Part shown: piece by piece, positions 52,547 to 64,000 of the stretch
How the letters are laid out: the number at the start of each line of letters is the position of its first letter
Numbering within the stretch: the first letter of the stretch is position 1
Origin: Bugula neritina
Taxonomy: Eukaryota; Animalia; Bryozoa
NCBI GenBank assembly: GCA_964035545.1
Contig: OZ037767.1
Location: 18,320,259-18,384,258, forward strand
Direction of reading: 5' to 3'
DNA length: 64,000 bases
Notes under the pieces: generated by a model
Told to the model about the DNA's origin: nothing
Databases searched by the model: none
Seen by the model: the letters and a program-made list of their open reading frames with translations, nothing else
Position numbers and translations under genes: made by a program

Positions 52547-54462
52547 CTATCTCTGCTGTCTAGAAAGCAGAGTTTGACGACCTGCAGTAATATAGTTTTA
52601 TTGGTGAGTGTGGTGTATGTGTGGCTTGAATGAAAATGAAAAATATAAAAGGGAGTGTGTATGAGAGAGAAAGAGGAGAGAGAGCGGAGAGATAGAGTGA
52701 ATGAAAAGATTGAAAAATTTATTAAGCTATATGACTGAGTGCTAGCCTAAGAAGTCGACGGCGGAGCACACACAGACAAATACCCCAACCCGGAGACTCG
52801 ACAATACCCCTAAAGACAAATACCCCTACAGACTGACGGGAGCTGGAGTCATCTTGCAGCCAAGCCAAGCAACTCGTGCCTGTATGCTGAACATGAGCTC
52901 ACCTGAAGGCTACAATCTAATTGTATTTTTCGGTGAGTTGCAATAGCTAAAAACTCCATATCTCGATATAACATAAGTATTTAATTGGTCGTGCACTTAA
53001 GCTTATACTTATACCCAAAACACTACCTAATCTTGTCACTACCCAACAGTCTAAAACAAACCAATAATTAATTATCATTAAAAAATTGTATAGTTTAATC
53101 ATGGTATTAGACGACTGTTAGCAGTACCTATTGCAAAAGTAATTTACAGTAAAACTAAAACTTAAAAACCATGGTAGCGGCAAAAGAAACTTTGCAAAAA
53201 TACTTTTACTGGAGTCGCTTTGTAACTATATATATTATTATATATAAAGTATACAACAAGCACCAAAATACCTATATAGATCAAGTTCGGTTCAATCTGA
53301 CCAGTATGTGACATTTAAATATTTAAAGCGCGCCCACCTATCCACAGTCATTGATGAATGGATATTACTCAAGCCTATAATTATGTATGTATAACTGCAA
53401 CTTTTTATGAGAAGATTGTGATCAGCGAGTATTGGGAATCTTTTTCATCAATTATTGTTTCATAAATAGAAATATCACATTTATGAAACAAAACAAACCC
53501 ACGCAGTAGCATAGCTATAATAGTTGTAAGCAATAAAATCAGCATTTTGCTTCTAGCTAAAACTAAGCAAAATACAGCAGATAAGCAAAGCACGTTTTGC
53601 CATTCGATGCACATATTATATAAGTTGATTATCAGCTTTCAGCTAGATAAAAAATAAACAAGTATTATATAACAGAGAATTAAATACAATATAGAAGCAG
53701 ACTACAAGTCACAACCAAGATTTGCTTTGGATATATTCTTGAAAACACAGTACTAGTGGAAATTCTAGTTGTTTTTTTTTAATTTGTTAACTTTTTCTTC
53801 TAGAAACATTTTCCTTTGTTTTAACAGGCATCTTAGATTATACAACGCCTATGATCTTATATAAACTGCCTATTTATGAGTAGAGAGAATCAGAATGCCT
53901 ACCACTATAAAATGGCAGAACCTTGCCAGCAACCAATAGAATACATAAAAAACCAAAACATTTGTACGCATATAATAAGATTTATTTGGTAAAATAGTTT
54001 GATCAAACGCTATGATTGGCTATGATGGTTGAAATTCTGTAAATGTTATGCAATTGAAATCACATTGAGTGCAAATCAAAAAGAAATGGAAAGTTACAGC
54101 AAATAGGTAAAATTAAATATATTATGTTATCATTAAATTAAATGAAAAACCAATTTGTCACACTAATTTTGATCACTACAAGTAAAAAAATAAAAATAAA
54201 AAGAGCAAAATGAAAATCGATCATAGAAATTGTGTTCTAATTGAAATAAACCTCACAATATAAAGTTGAGAAAACAGCAAAGTTATGTGTGGTACAATGA
54301 GAAAGGAAGATGCTTGTAACGGAACAGGGGAACCAGTGCACATAACACTTGTTTGTAAGAGTTCAGTTCTGCATGGCCTAACTTTTAAAGTGCTTTAAAT
54401 ACATGTAACTCTATGTTAACCAGAACAAGACTACCTCAGACTTGCACCAGTAACAAGCGTAT

Positions 54463-57400
54463 CTATCCAGCAAGGTAATGTGGGGTAAGTGAGAACTTGA
54501 TGACATAAGTAGGGTAGGCAGCGGCATCGTGGTACACAACAAATATGGTGGGAGAGTCAAGTTTATTAACAGTAGAGTGAAACCTCTCCGGGAGCTTAGA
54601 TCTATCAGTACTACTGTTACCAAGTTGGTACCTCCCTGTGGCCACTTGTGCTAGGATGATGTATTTATCAAAGTTGGAAGGAGAGTAACAGCTAGAGTAT
54701 TCCGACGAGGTGGAGAAGTAACAGCCTTTACCATAACTAACACCTGCAATATTACAGGAAAATACTGTTACATGACTAACACCTGCAATATTACAGGGAA
54801 ATACTGTTACATGACTAACACCTGCAATATTACAGGGAAATACTGTTACATGACTAACACCTGCAATATAACAGAGAAATGGTATCACATGACTAACAAC
54901 AACTATAGATATAATATGAGAGAGAAGTGTTACTAGAAAATGGCTACTAGGGGAAACTAAAATATATTCAAATCAAGGAGCACCAGAAACATGAATTTGA
55001 ATGTCAGTGCGCACCATTTTTACCGCAGAAACTTCTATTGAATTCGCTGGTGCATATTTTAGTAGCACTCTCTTTATCTGTACCGTGCCACAACTCTCTC
55101 TCCACTGTCACCCCTGGGTCAGTGCTCAGCTCTCTCTGCACCTTCTCTTTTTGAGCTGCATATTGCTTATAGAGTTGTAAGTTCTGTGTGCGAAGGATCT
55201 AAAGAGAAGAACACAATTATATTTCTACTAGAATACTAGAGTACTATATACTCAAGTAACTACTATTTCTACTAAAAAACTATAGTACTATATACCCATA
55301 TAACTTCTACTATTACTAGAATACTATAGTACTAAATACTCATATAACTTCTACTATTACTAGAATGCTATAGTACTAAATACTCATATAACTTCTACTA
55401 TTACTAGAATGCTATAGTACTAAATACTCATATAACTTCTACTATTACTAGAATGCTATAGTACTAAATACCCATATAACTTCTACTATTACTAGAATGC
55501 TATAGTACTATAAACTCATATAACTTCTACTATTACTAGAATGCTATAGTACTAAATACTCATATAACTAATATTTCTACCAGAGTTGTCCCACCTCCGT
55601 AACCTGAATCTGAGATCTGCGAGACCCGGCATCACGTAGGAACTTTGCTGCCACTTGCTTATACTCCTGAGAACTTGGAAGCAGCTTAACGTCCCACTTG
55701 TTTTTTTTTACTGCTTCCATGTCCCAGTTGGGTGGCATACCTACAACAGTATTATATACTAATATAGTATAATATTATAAAATATGTACTGCAATAGTAT
55801 AATATAATATATACCGCAATAGTATAATATAATATATGCTACAATAAACATGATATGATATAACACATACTAGAATAGTATAATATAAACCTGAGGAGGT
55901 AGAAGTTGATTTGCCATGCAATAATCGCTGAATCTCCTCGTTCATCTTGGAAACATTTTCTGGCAAACCTTCTATTCTGATGTCACTAGCTAAAAGGTCA
56001 AATGTCACATCCACGTGCTGCTTTTCAGCTAAGTTTTCAACTAGGTTGATCTAGAAGGCAAGAAGACAGGATCTAGAGAATATTAAGTCTACCTGTGCTA
56101 GTTAAACCTGCAGCACTAATGCTACATTTCATTAGACTAAAGCAGCAACCACCTAAGTAGCTTCTGCTGACTAATCGCTATAAATTAGTTTTAAATTAGC
56201 AAAAACATACTTCTGCTTGCGTGAGCTGGGAAACAAGACGCTTGAAAGGAGACGACTTGAAGTCACTAGAAACTGTGTGCTTCTTTTCATCATTCTTTAA
56301 TAACTCTACAGCTTTCTTAGCATCTCCTTCTTTTAAACTCGAGAACTCTATTCTCACAACTTTGCAATCTTCATCAGCTTTTGTGAAATTTGGCAATTGT
56401 TTTCTTTTACAAAGCTCTTTGTAACGACTCATTTCCAGTTGAAAAGCCTGAAATGAAATATACTAGTACTATACCAGGGAGTATATACTAGTACTATACT
56501 AGGGAGTATATGCTAGTACTATATTAGAGAGTATATACTAGTACTATACTAGAGGGTATATACTAGTACTATACTAGAGAGTATATACTAGTACTATACT
56601 AGAGAGTATATACTAGTACTATACTAGGGAGTATATACTACTACTATACTAGAGAGTATATACTAGTACTATACTAGGGAGTACATACTAGTACTATACT
56701 AGAGCGTATATACTAGTACTATACTAGAGGGTATATACTAGTACTATACTAGAGAGTATATACTAGTACTATACTAGAGAGTATATACTAGTACTATACT
56801 AGGGATTATATACTAGTACTATACTAGATAATATATACTAGTACTATACTAGATAGTATATACTAGTGCTATACTAGGGAGTATATACCAGTACTATACT
56901 AGGGAGTATATACTAGTACTATACTAGGGAGTATATACCAGTACTATACTAGGGAGTATATACCAATACTATACTAGAGAGTATATACTAGTGCTATACT
57001 AGGGAGTATATACTAGTACTATACTAGAGAGTATATACCAGTACTATACTAGAGAGTATATACTAGTGCTATACTAGGGAGTATATACTAGTACTATACT
57101 AGAGAGTATATACTAGTACTATACTAGGGAGTATATACTAGTACTATACTAGAGAGTATATACCAGTACTATACTAGGGAGTATATACTAGTACTATACT
57201 AGGGAGTATATACTAGTACTATACTAGGGAGTATATACCAGTACTATACTAGGGAGTATATACTAGTACTATACTAGGGAGTATATACTAGTACTATACT
57301 AGGGAGTATATACTAGTACTATACTAGAGCGTATATACTAGTACTATACTAGATTGTATATACTAGTACTATACTAGAGAGTATATACTAGTACTATACT

Positions 57401-60400
57401 AGAGCGTATATACTAGTACTATACTAGGGAGTATATACTAGTACTATACTAGAGGGTATATACTAGTACTATACTAGAGAGTATATACCAGTACTATACT
57501 AGATAGTATATACTAGTACTATACTAGAGAGTATATACTAGTACTATACTAGAGCGTATATACTAGTACTATACTAGATTGTATATACTAGTACTATACT
57601 AGAGAGTATATACTAGTACTATACTAGAGCGTATATACTAGTACTATATTAGGGAGTATATACTAGTACAATACTAGGGAGTATATACTAGTACTATACT
57701 AGGGAGTATATACTAGTACTATACTAGAGCGTATATACTAGTACTATACTAGGGAGTATATACCAGTACTATACTAGGGAGTATATACCAGTGCTATACT
57801 AGGGAGTATATACTAGTGCTATACTAGGGAGTATATACCAGTACTATACTAGGGAGTATATACTAGTACTATACTAGAGAGTATATACTAGTACTATACT
57901 AGGGAGTATATACCAGTACTATACTAGGGAGTATATACCAGTACTATACTAGGGAGTATATACCAGTACTATACTAGAGAGTATATACTAGTACTATACT
58001 AGGGAGTATATACTAGTACTATACTAGGGAGTATATACTAGTACTATACTAGGGAGTATATACTAGTGCTATACTAGGGAGTATATACTAGTGCTATACT
58101 AGGGAGTATATACCAGTACTATACTAGGGAGTATATACTAGTACTATACTAGGGAGTATATACCAGTACTATACTAGGGAGTATATACCAGTACTATACT
58201 AGAGAGTATATACTAGTACTATACTAGGGAGTATATACTAGTACTATACTAGGGAGTATATACTAGTACTATACTAGGGAGTATATACCAGTACTATACT
58301 AGGGAGTATATACCAGTACTATACTAGGGAGTATATACTAGTGCTATACTAGGGAGTATATACCAGTACTATACTAGGGAGTATATACTAGTACTATACT
58401 AGAGAGTATATACTAGTACTATACTAGGGAGTATATACTAGTGCTATACTAGGGAGTATATACTAGTGCTATACTAGAGAGTATATACTAGTACTATACT
58501 AGGGAGTAGTACTATACTACAGAAGCACCTGATGCACAGCTTCATCTCTCGGGTGAATAACAAACTTCACTTTCTTATTTTGGTTAAATCTGTGGTGAGT
58601 TTTGAGACAGTTTAGCACAGTTCCAATCATCGTAGAGGCCACTACGCCAGGTGGGTACTTCAACTTCCCCGTACCTATAGCCGGGTAGGCCACAACCTCA
58701 ATATCTTCAAGCTCTTTGTAAGCTTTTGCAAAAAAGACTTCAAGTCTTGATGTCTACAATACAGTTGAGAGTTTTGAATAAAATGTTCGCTAGCAAACTT
58801 ATGCAAGTTATTATGCGCTTCAACAAGCATTTCATATTTGAAAATAAATGTAACCCTCCACTTACACTTTGATCAGGCTGAGAGAGATCAAACTCAGCAG
58901 TGTCATTCTCATGATAGACCAACACAGTTCTGCCATTTAACATTTTGATAACTTGAATTCCTTGCGAAATTTGAGAAGAGCTGTTTTTCATCAGCGCTTG
59001 TTTGATGGCACCCTGACTGCTAACCACACCACTGGCCTTAGAATAAGAGACACATTTATGATTGCAGCCAACACAAGCAAAAAACTTTAATCGGTGCAAA
59101 AACAGGAAATAGAGTTTTGAATAATGTTTAGCTTACCTGTACTGCAGTAATATCACCACGAACAATGTCCACCATAGAAAGCACGTCTTCGGGAATTGTG
59201 GAGGATGACACAGTGCTGTCTGAATGTAAACTCTTCAATGGCTTTGTGGGTAGGACGCGCTTATAACCTATCTTTTCTGCAGAAATTGTATTGGACAAAG
59301 CATTTATTTCACCCAGTCGATCTTTGCCTGCTGGGGACTGAAGCCAGTGAACAAACCCCCGCCTATGGGATGAGTGAAACTCAACACACTTCACACGCTT
59401 CAAATCTTTAAGTTTTGCCAGCGTATCACTTAGCAACTCTTCGGATGGGGACGTGACAGTACACTCCCCGGAGATCTGCAGCTTTGAGAAATCAATAGCA
59501 ACACCTTCATTTCCGCAATACTTCAGCACAAAATCTTCATTCTTTAATACAAGTGCCAGCAAATTTTCTGGAATAACTAGTGAGCTCTTGGTCACAGCAT
59601 TTGTAGCAAAGTATTGATCCAACTGGGAAACAATTTGCATAACGGAATTGGTTGAAGACCGTAAGACAAGCTTCAACTTTTGAGTCTCACTATCAAACTG
59701 AATTTGTAGATTATGTGCGGAGTTTTCATTTAAAAGCTTTTGTTTGAAAGTATCCCATCCTTGAGTGGATACAGCCTGCACTTCGGCAGATTTCAACGGC
59801 CGGCTTTCTGGATATTCCTTCTCAACTATCACAGACTGTAGGAAATCAATTGCTTCCCTGACAGACCTGGTATTGTCGCTGCATGCATATAGTTTGTTTT
59901 GATTTAAGCCATATGCAGCGAAAATTCCTTTCTTCTTAAACTCTGGAACGATATCATTACGCTGAACAGATTTGAAACTTAAAGAGAAATCTTCGGACAC
60001 CGTCACAAATTCTATTTTCAAATCATTCACTATATCATTTAAAGATCTCAAAGCACTCTCCACGCAAGACTGTGGACCAGACACTGTAACGTCACAGTTC
60101 TTAATATTAACCGTCACGCTTGGCAAGGAAACTTTTTTTATTCTAAGAAAATGAATGACTTCAGGGTTATAAGATCTAGTTTGTTTAGAGTAAGGTTCTG
60201 CATCTCCACTGATAGCGCCCCTTGTAGCCCCCTTGAAAACAGCTAGGGCTTCACAGTTTCCATCATTGTAATTCTGTCTTCTGACATTAGGTCGAACATG
60301 TGGCTCAGCTGCTCCTTTCGTCGGCTTAACGGTTTTATACTCAATGTGAATTTTAAGGTCTTCAATTGAAACGCCATCAAAATATTCAATCAGCTAAAAC

Positions 60401-61209
60401 AAGTTAAAAATAGAGAAGATGAAATGTCATAACTTTACAATTTTCCCACAGATTCATTTCCAGCTGTGAAATGGTTAGGAAAGTAAAACATTTTTATAAG
60501 CCACTGTGAAGTTACAGTAAAAATTCACACAAATTTAATGCCTGAATTTAAACCCTTAGTTTAGTACCTATTTTAAAATTTACTATGCAAATCCAACTAT
60601 AAATCTCCACAGAAATTCATTGGAAATATTCATAATGATATAATCTCTCTGCAATACCTTGCTAGCTTCTGTCTCATTTGGACAAAACACAAGAGCATTA
60701 GAAGGGGTTATTTTCTTTATTTCCTTGATTATAACGTGATTTCCAAATATTTCCTTCAGTCTATCAGCGGTGACACTGCTTTTCAGTCCTTTTATAAAAC
60801 AGCTCTAAAAGAAAACTACCACCAATATGCAACATAATTCCCGCTACACGAACAGGAAAAAGTCGAGATATGCGAGAATAGGTGAGAATAGAATATGCAA
60901 CATAATTGTGAATGGAAATTAGGCATTTCATATAAAAAATGTATAACTTTCAGTAAACGTCACATACTAGTAGCCAACTGGTAACTAACAACTAATAATA
61001 ATTCATTTTTACCTAAGTTGTAACTATTAGTAATACCTAGTAACTATTAGTAATTACCTAGTAACTATTAGTAATTACCTAGTAACTATTAGAAAATAAC
61101 TAGTAACTATGTAACTAGTAACCACTAGTAAAGTTTAATTGGCAGAGGATCATATAAAGTAGCAGCTAGTATAAATAGATTTGTATAATACCTTCCTATC
61201 TACAGACAT
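54463..61209 (-). CDS. PARP14/PARP9-like macrodomain mono-ADP-ribosyltransferase (RRM-KH-macro-KH-ART)
   Basis: Ten phase-consistent exons without stops: 61209-61192, 60804-60658, 60393-59137, 59036-58866, 58753-58529, 56447-56211, 56050-55891, 55740-55595, 55198-55015, 54743-54463. Motifs CFIKGL (RNP2-like), GDIT, YPAIGTG, PPNW, LWHGT, FNRSFCGKN, YGKGCYF, IFVVY, AYPTYVIKF. Confidence 0.9.
54736..54898. repeat. 39-bp tandem repeat spanning the last PARP splice acceptor
   Basis: Unit on the minus strand is TGCAGGTGTTAGTCATGTAACAGTATTTCCCTGTAATAT, about 4 copies. Confidence 0.93.
55222..55582. repeat. 44-bp intronic minisatellite, ~8 units
   Basis: Unit CTATAGTACTAAATACTCATATAACTTCTACTATTACTAGAATG. 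Confidence 0.92.
56457..58520. repeat. 25-bp palindrome-rich intronic minisatellite, ~80 units
   Basis: Unit TACTAGTACTATACTAGRGAGTATA fills nearly the whole intron. Confidence 0.97.
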
Positions 61210-61239
61210 GCTTCTCTGTGTAGTCAAGTAGTTCTTAGA

Positions 61240-61381
61240 CTTTAGTCTCCAAGTAAACCTTAGTCTCCAAGTACACCTTAGTCTCCAAGTACACCTTAGT
61301 CTCCAAGTACACCTTAGTCTTCAAGTACACCTTAGTCTTCAAGTACACCTTGATCTCCAAGTACAGCTTAGTCTACAAGTA
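61240..61381. repeat. 18-bp repeat just upstream of the PARP start codon, ~8 units
   Basis: Unit CCTTAGTCTCCAAGTACA. Confidence 0.9.
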
Positions 61382-62904
61382 AAATATGAAAGTAGGTAGT
61401 TCATTGGAAGGTAATCATTGATATAAAAATTCGAATTGCACATAAAGTAAGTTTAACGTCATCACCAACAATGTAAGTGCAGACCTCCATACATTTCATG
61501 TATATGCATTCATCATTGTTTAATGATGAACCAATAATACCACCACAACAAGTACAAACACGTTTTAAATATAAAAAGAAATATACTCAAATTTGCACTT
61601 GACATATACAATATATATAATCAAGCTACATGCTATTGTGTGACGAAAATAAAATTCTCCCAGTAAAATTTAATGTTATACATCAACCTGTCTCACTGAA
61701 CACTGCTAGCTTACTGTGGAGGTAGAATTTTTCCCCCATTCAATGCCAGGTCAACTCAAAGGAGATAAGGCTGAATAATGCCAAAAGCTCATTTTTCACA
61801 ACACAACAGAGCTGATGGTCTAACATTATAGACGCAAAGGTCCACGTGTAGTGTCCGCTGTGCCTATATTGTAGAGTGAGCCGGTAAGGCCTATCAACAT
61901 TGGCACGTTTCCAATAAAGAGACAGCTGCAACAGCACCTGTTGGATTATGGTTTTGGCAAGTCCTATGAAAACATACTTGCTTTTATAAAAAATATGTGA
62001 TTTTTCACTTGGTTTCAAAACGTTCAAACAATTGAAAACTTTTAATGCATAAAACATGGTGCTTCAAATGCAACAATTTGAAAAAAGGTGACAATGTAAA
62101 ATGGCCAAATTTTCCATGGAAACCTGTCATTGTAGACAGACCTTTCGCAAGCTTACTACCTGGCCTTCTCTTTCTAAGGTTGGCTGGATAGCCTATAGAG
62201 CAAAAACCTCCACCTAACAGCAAAGTATGACTCACCATATTTATTTACACCCGAAAGCTTTATCTGCAGTCATAAATTAGAATAAACAAGGTTTATCACA
62301 GAAATGCTACACTCTGTGTAATAAAGAACGAATTTGAGTCACAAAACCACAATTTGCAAAAAAAAAAGATTTTGGCTTGGGAAAAATTACTGAAACAATT
62401 ATGTTTATAAGAGCTAAAAACAAAATTTATTTAAGAGTGCAACAGCACTAGATTTACAGAGTTCATTAAACTCTTCAGAATCAAGATGATACTACAATGG
62501 AAGCAAATTAAAAGAAAACTGAAAATAAAACTGAAAAATTGAATGAATTCTTATGCGTTGGGACTACAATCGGAGTTACTTACAGTAACTTTAATTGCAG
62601 CAAAAATTTTGCTGAGTACAGCTAAACCTGTTTTATAATTTACAGCTTATAAACAGTTATTTATAACTTAGAATTATTGGGGTGGTTTCAATTTGAAACT
62701 TTTTCCCAAAGTTTGGATAATCTCGTGGTTTAGTGAATACCTCCAATACCAACCATGCATAAAGTCAGGAAATAGTTTTGTGCTATATAAAAACAATAGA
62801 ATACATGTGTCAATATCATCACGATTATCAATTACAAAAGTTATAATTGTTTTACCGGAAGCTCACTTTACAATTAGTAATATTGATTCATACTATAAAG
62901 ATAG

Positions 62905-63310
62905 AAACCTACATAAACTTAAATCTATACTACATAAACTTAAAGATATAATACATAAACTTGAAAATATAATACACAAACTTGAAGATATAATACATAA
63001 ACTTGAAGATATAATATATAAACTTAAAAATATAATACATAAACTTAAAGATATAATGCATAAAATTGAAGATATAATACATAAACTTGAAGATATAATA
63101 CATAAACTTGAAAATGTAATACTTAAAATTGAAGATATAATACATAAACTTGAAGATATAATACATAAACTTGAAGATATAATCCATAAACTTGAAGATA
63201 TAATCCATAAACTTGAAGATATAATACATAAACTTAAAGATATAATACATAAACTTGAAAATGTAATACATAAACTTGAAGATAGAATACATAAACTTGA
63301 ATATATAATA
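62905..63310. repeat. 21-bp minisatellite (CATAAACTTGAAGATATAATA), ~19 units
   Basis: Direct tandem units; they translate as IIHKLED heptads on the plus strand. Confidence 0.93.
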
Positions 63311-64000
63311 CTAGCATGCACAGCTGACTACTGTCACGTTCACTTTGATTTATGGCTGCCAACTATACCAAAAGATTAAAGTAGTTTAGGCAGTTTATAT
63401 GAATTGTAACTCAAATTTTACGGTGGTTTGGCAGTTGCCCAGCTTACAGTTGTTCATAAAATGAAATAAGCTTCTACACTGTAAAATCCAGGCTTTTTTA
63501 ATTTTTCATCTGAAATTAAGGAGTAAAATCTTTGGTCTTTTAATTAATCTAGCAATTAAGTTGTAAGATGTTTAGCCCCATTAAATACTTCTAATAATTA
63601 ATGTTCTTTTCTAGCTATACAAAATTTACAACCAGAAACCTTCAACTGATTGCCATTGTTCGAATAGGACTTAAAAATTTTGTTAGTTTAGACTAAACTG
63701 GTGATTATTAAATATAAGAGATAAAATTTTGTTGAATTCAACTATTCAATGAGCCATCAAAGCAATATAATTTTAAATGAAGTTTTCATTAAAAATTCAA
63801 CTGACTTAATATACAGTGCAACCCTAACTGAATTTGTTAACAGGTTTCAACATAAAGAAATTTCATAGGATATTCGATCTATTCCATATGGCAACACAAT
63901 AAAAGCAGTACTGACTGAAGTTTTCCGGTAGAAAATTTCTACTGGAAAACTTCTACTAGAAATGTTTTGAAACTCATGCCATTCAACAAGGTGTAATAAT

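Noticed and set aside
58740-58865. Apparent premature stop in the PARP macrodomain ORF
   Set aside because: Resolved by a phase-0 GT-AG intron (58865-58754); the spliced frame is open.

Overview
AT-rich animal genomic DNA, probably invertebrate (spliceosomal introns, satellites, LTR/LINE/DNA transposons). No prokaryotic features, RNA genes or CRISPR arrays were found. 1-9.75 kb is a 10-bp satellite containing a ~3.7-kb higher-order duplication. 9.8-23.5 kb is a nested TE stack: a decayed Copia carries a 5'-truncated LINE fused in frame to it, and a 25-bp minisatellite is split by a Mag-like Gypsy element with identical 109-bp LTRs and TSD GTTCT. That Gypsy has a UGA-CUAG gag/pol junction and an intact SGNH/GDSL-esterase-like third ORF in the env position with env-like splice signals. 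Its integrase is interrupted by a 3.7-kb fold-back Sola2-like element. 23.6-28.7 kb holds a degenerate inverted satellite, a hAT MITE, an RTE fragment and a solo LTR. Two related decayed Gypsy elements (30.1-37.3 kb +, 45.1-52.5 kb -) face each other around a hand-assembled minus-strand gene encoding a double zinc ribbon, a Thr-rich linker and a chromodomain, with a MITE inserted in one exon. 54.5-61.2 kb (-) is an apparently intact 10-exon macro-PARP gene (RRM-KH-macro-KH-ART; H-Y-I triad; no WWE) whose last splice acceptor is repeated four times in frame. All gene models and family calls were read by eye and need RNA-seq or HMM confirmation.
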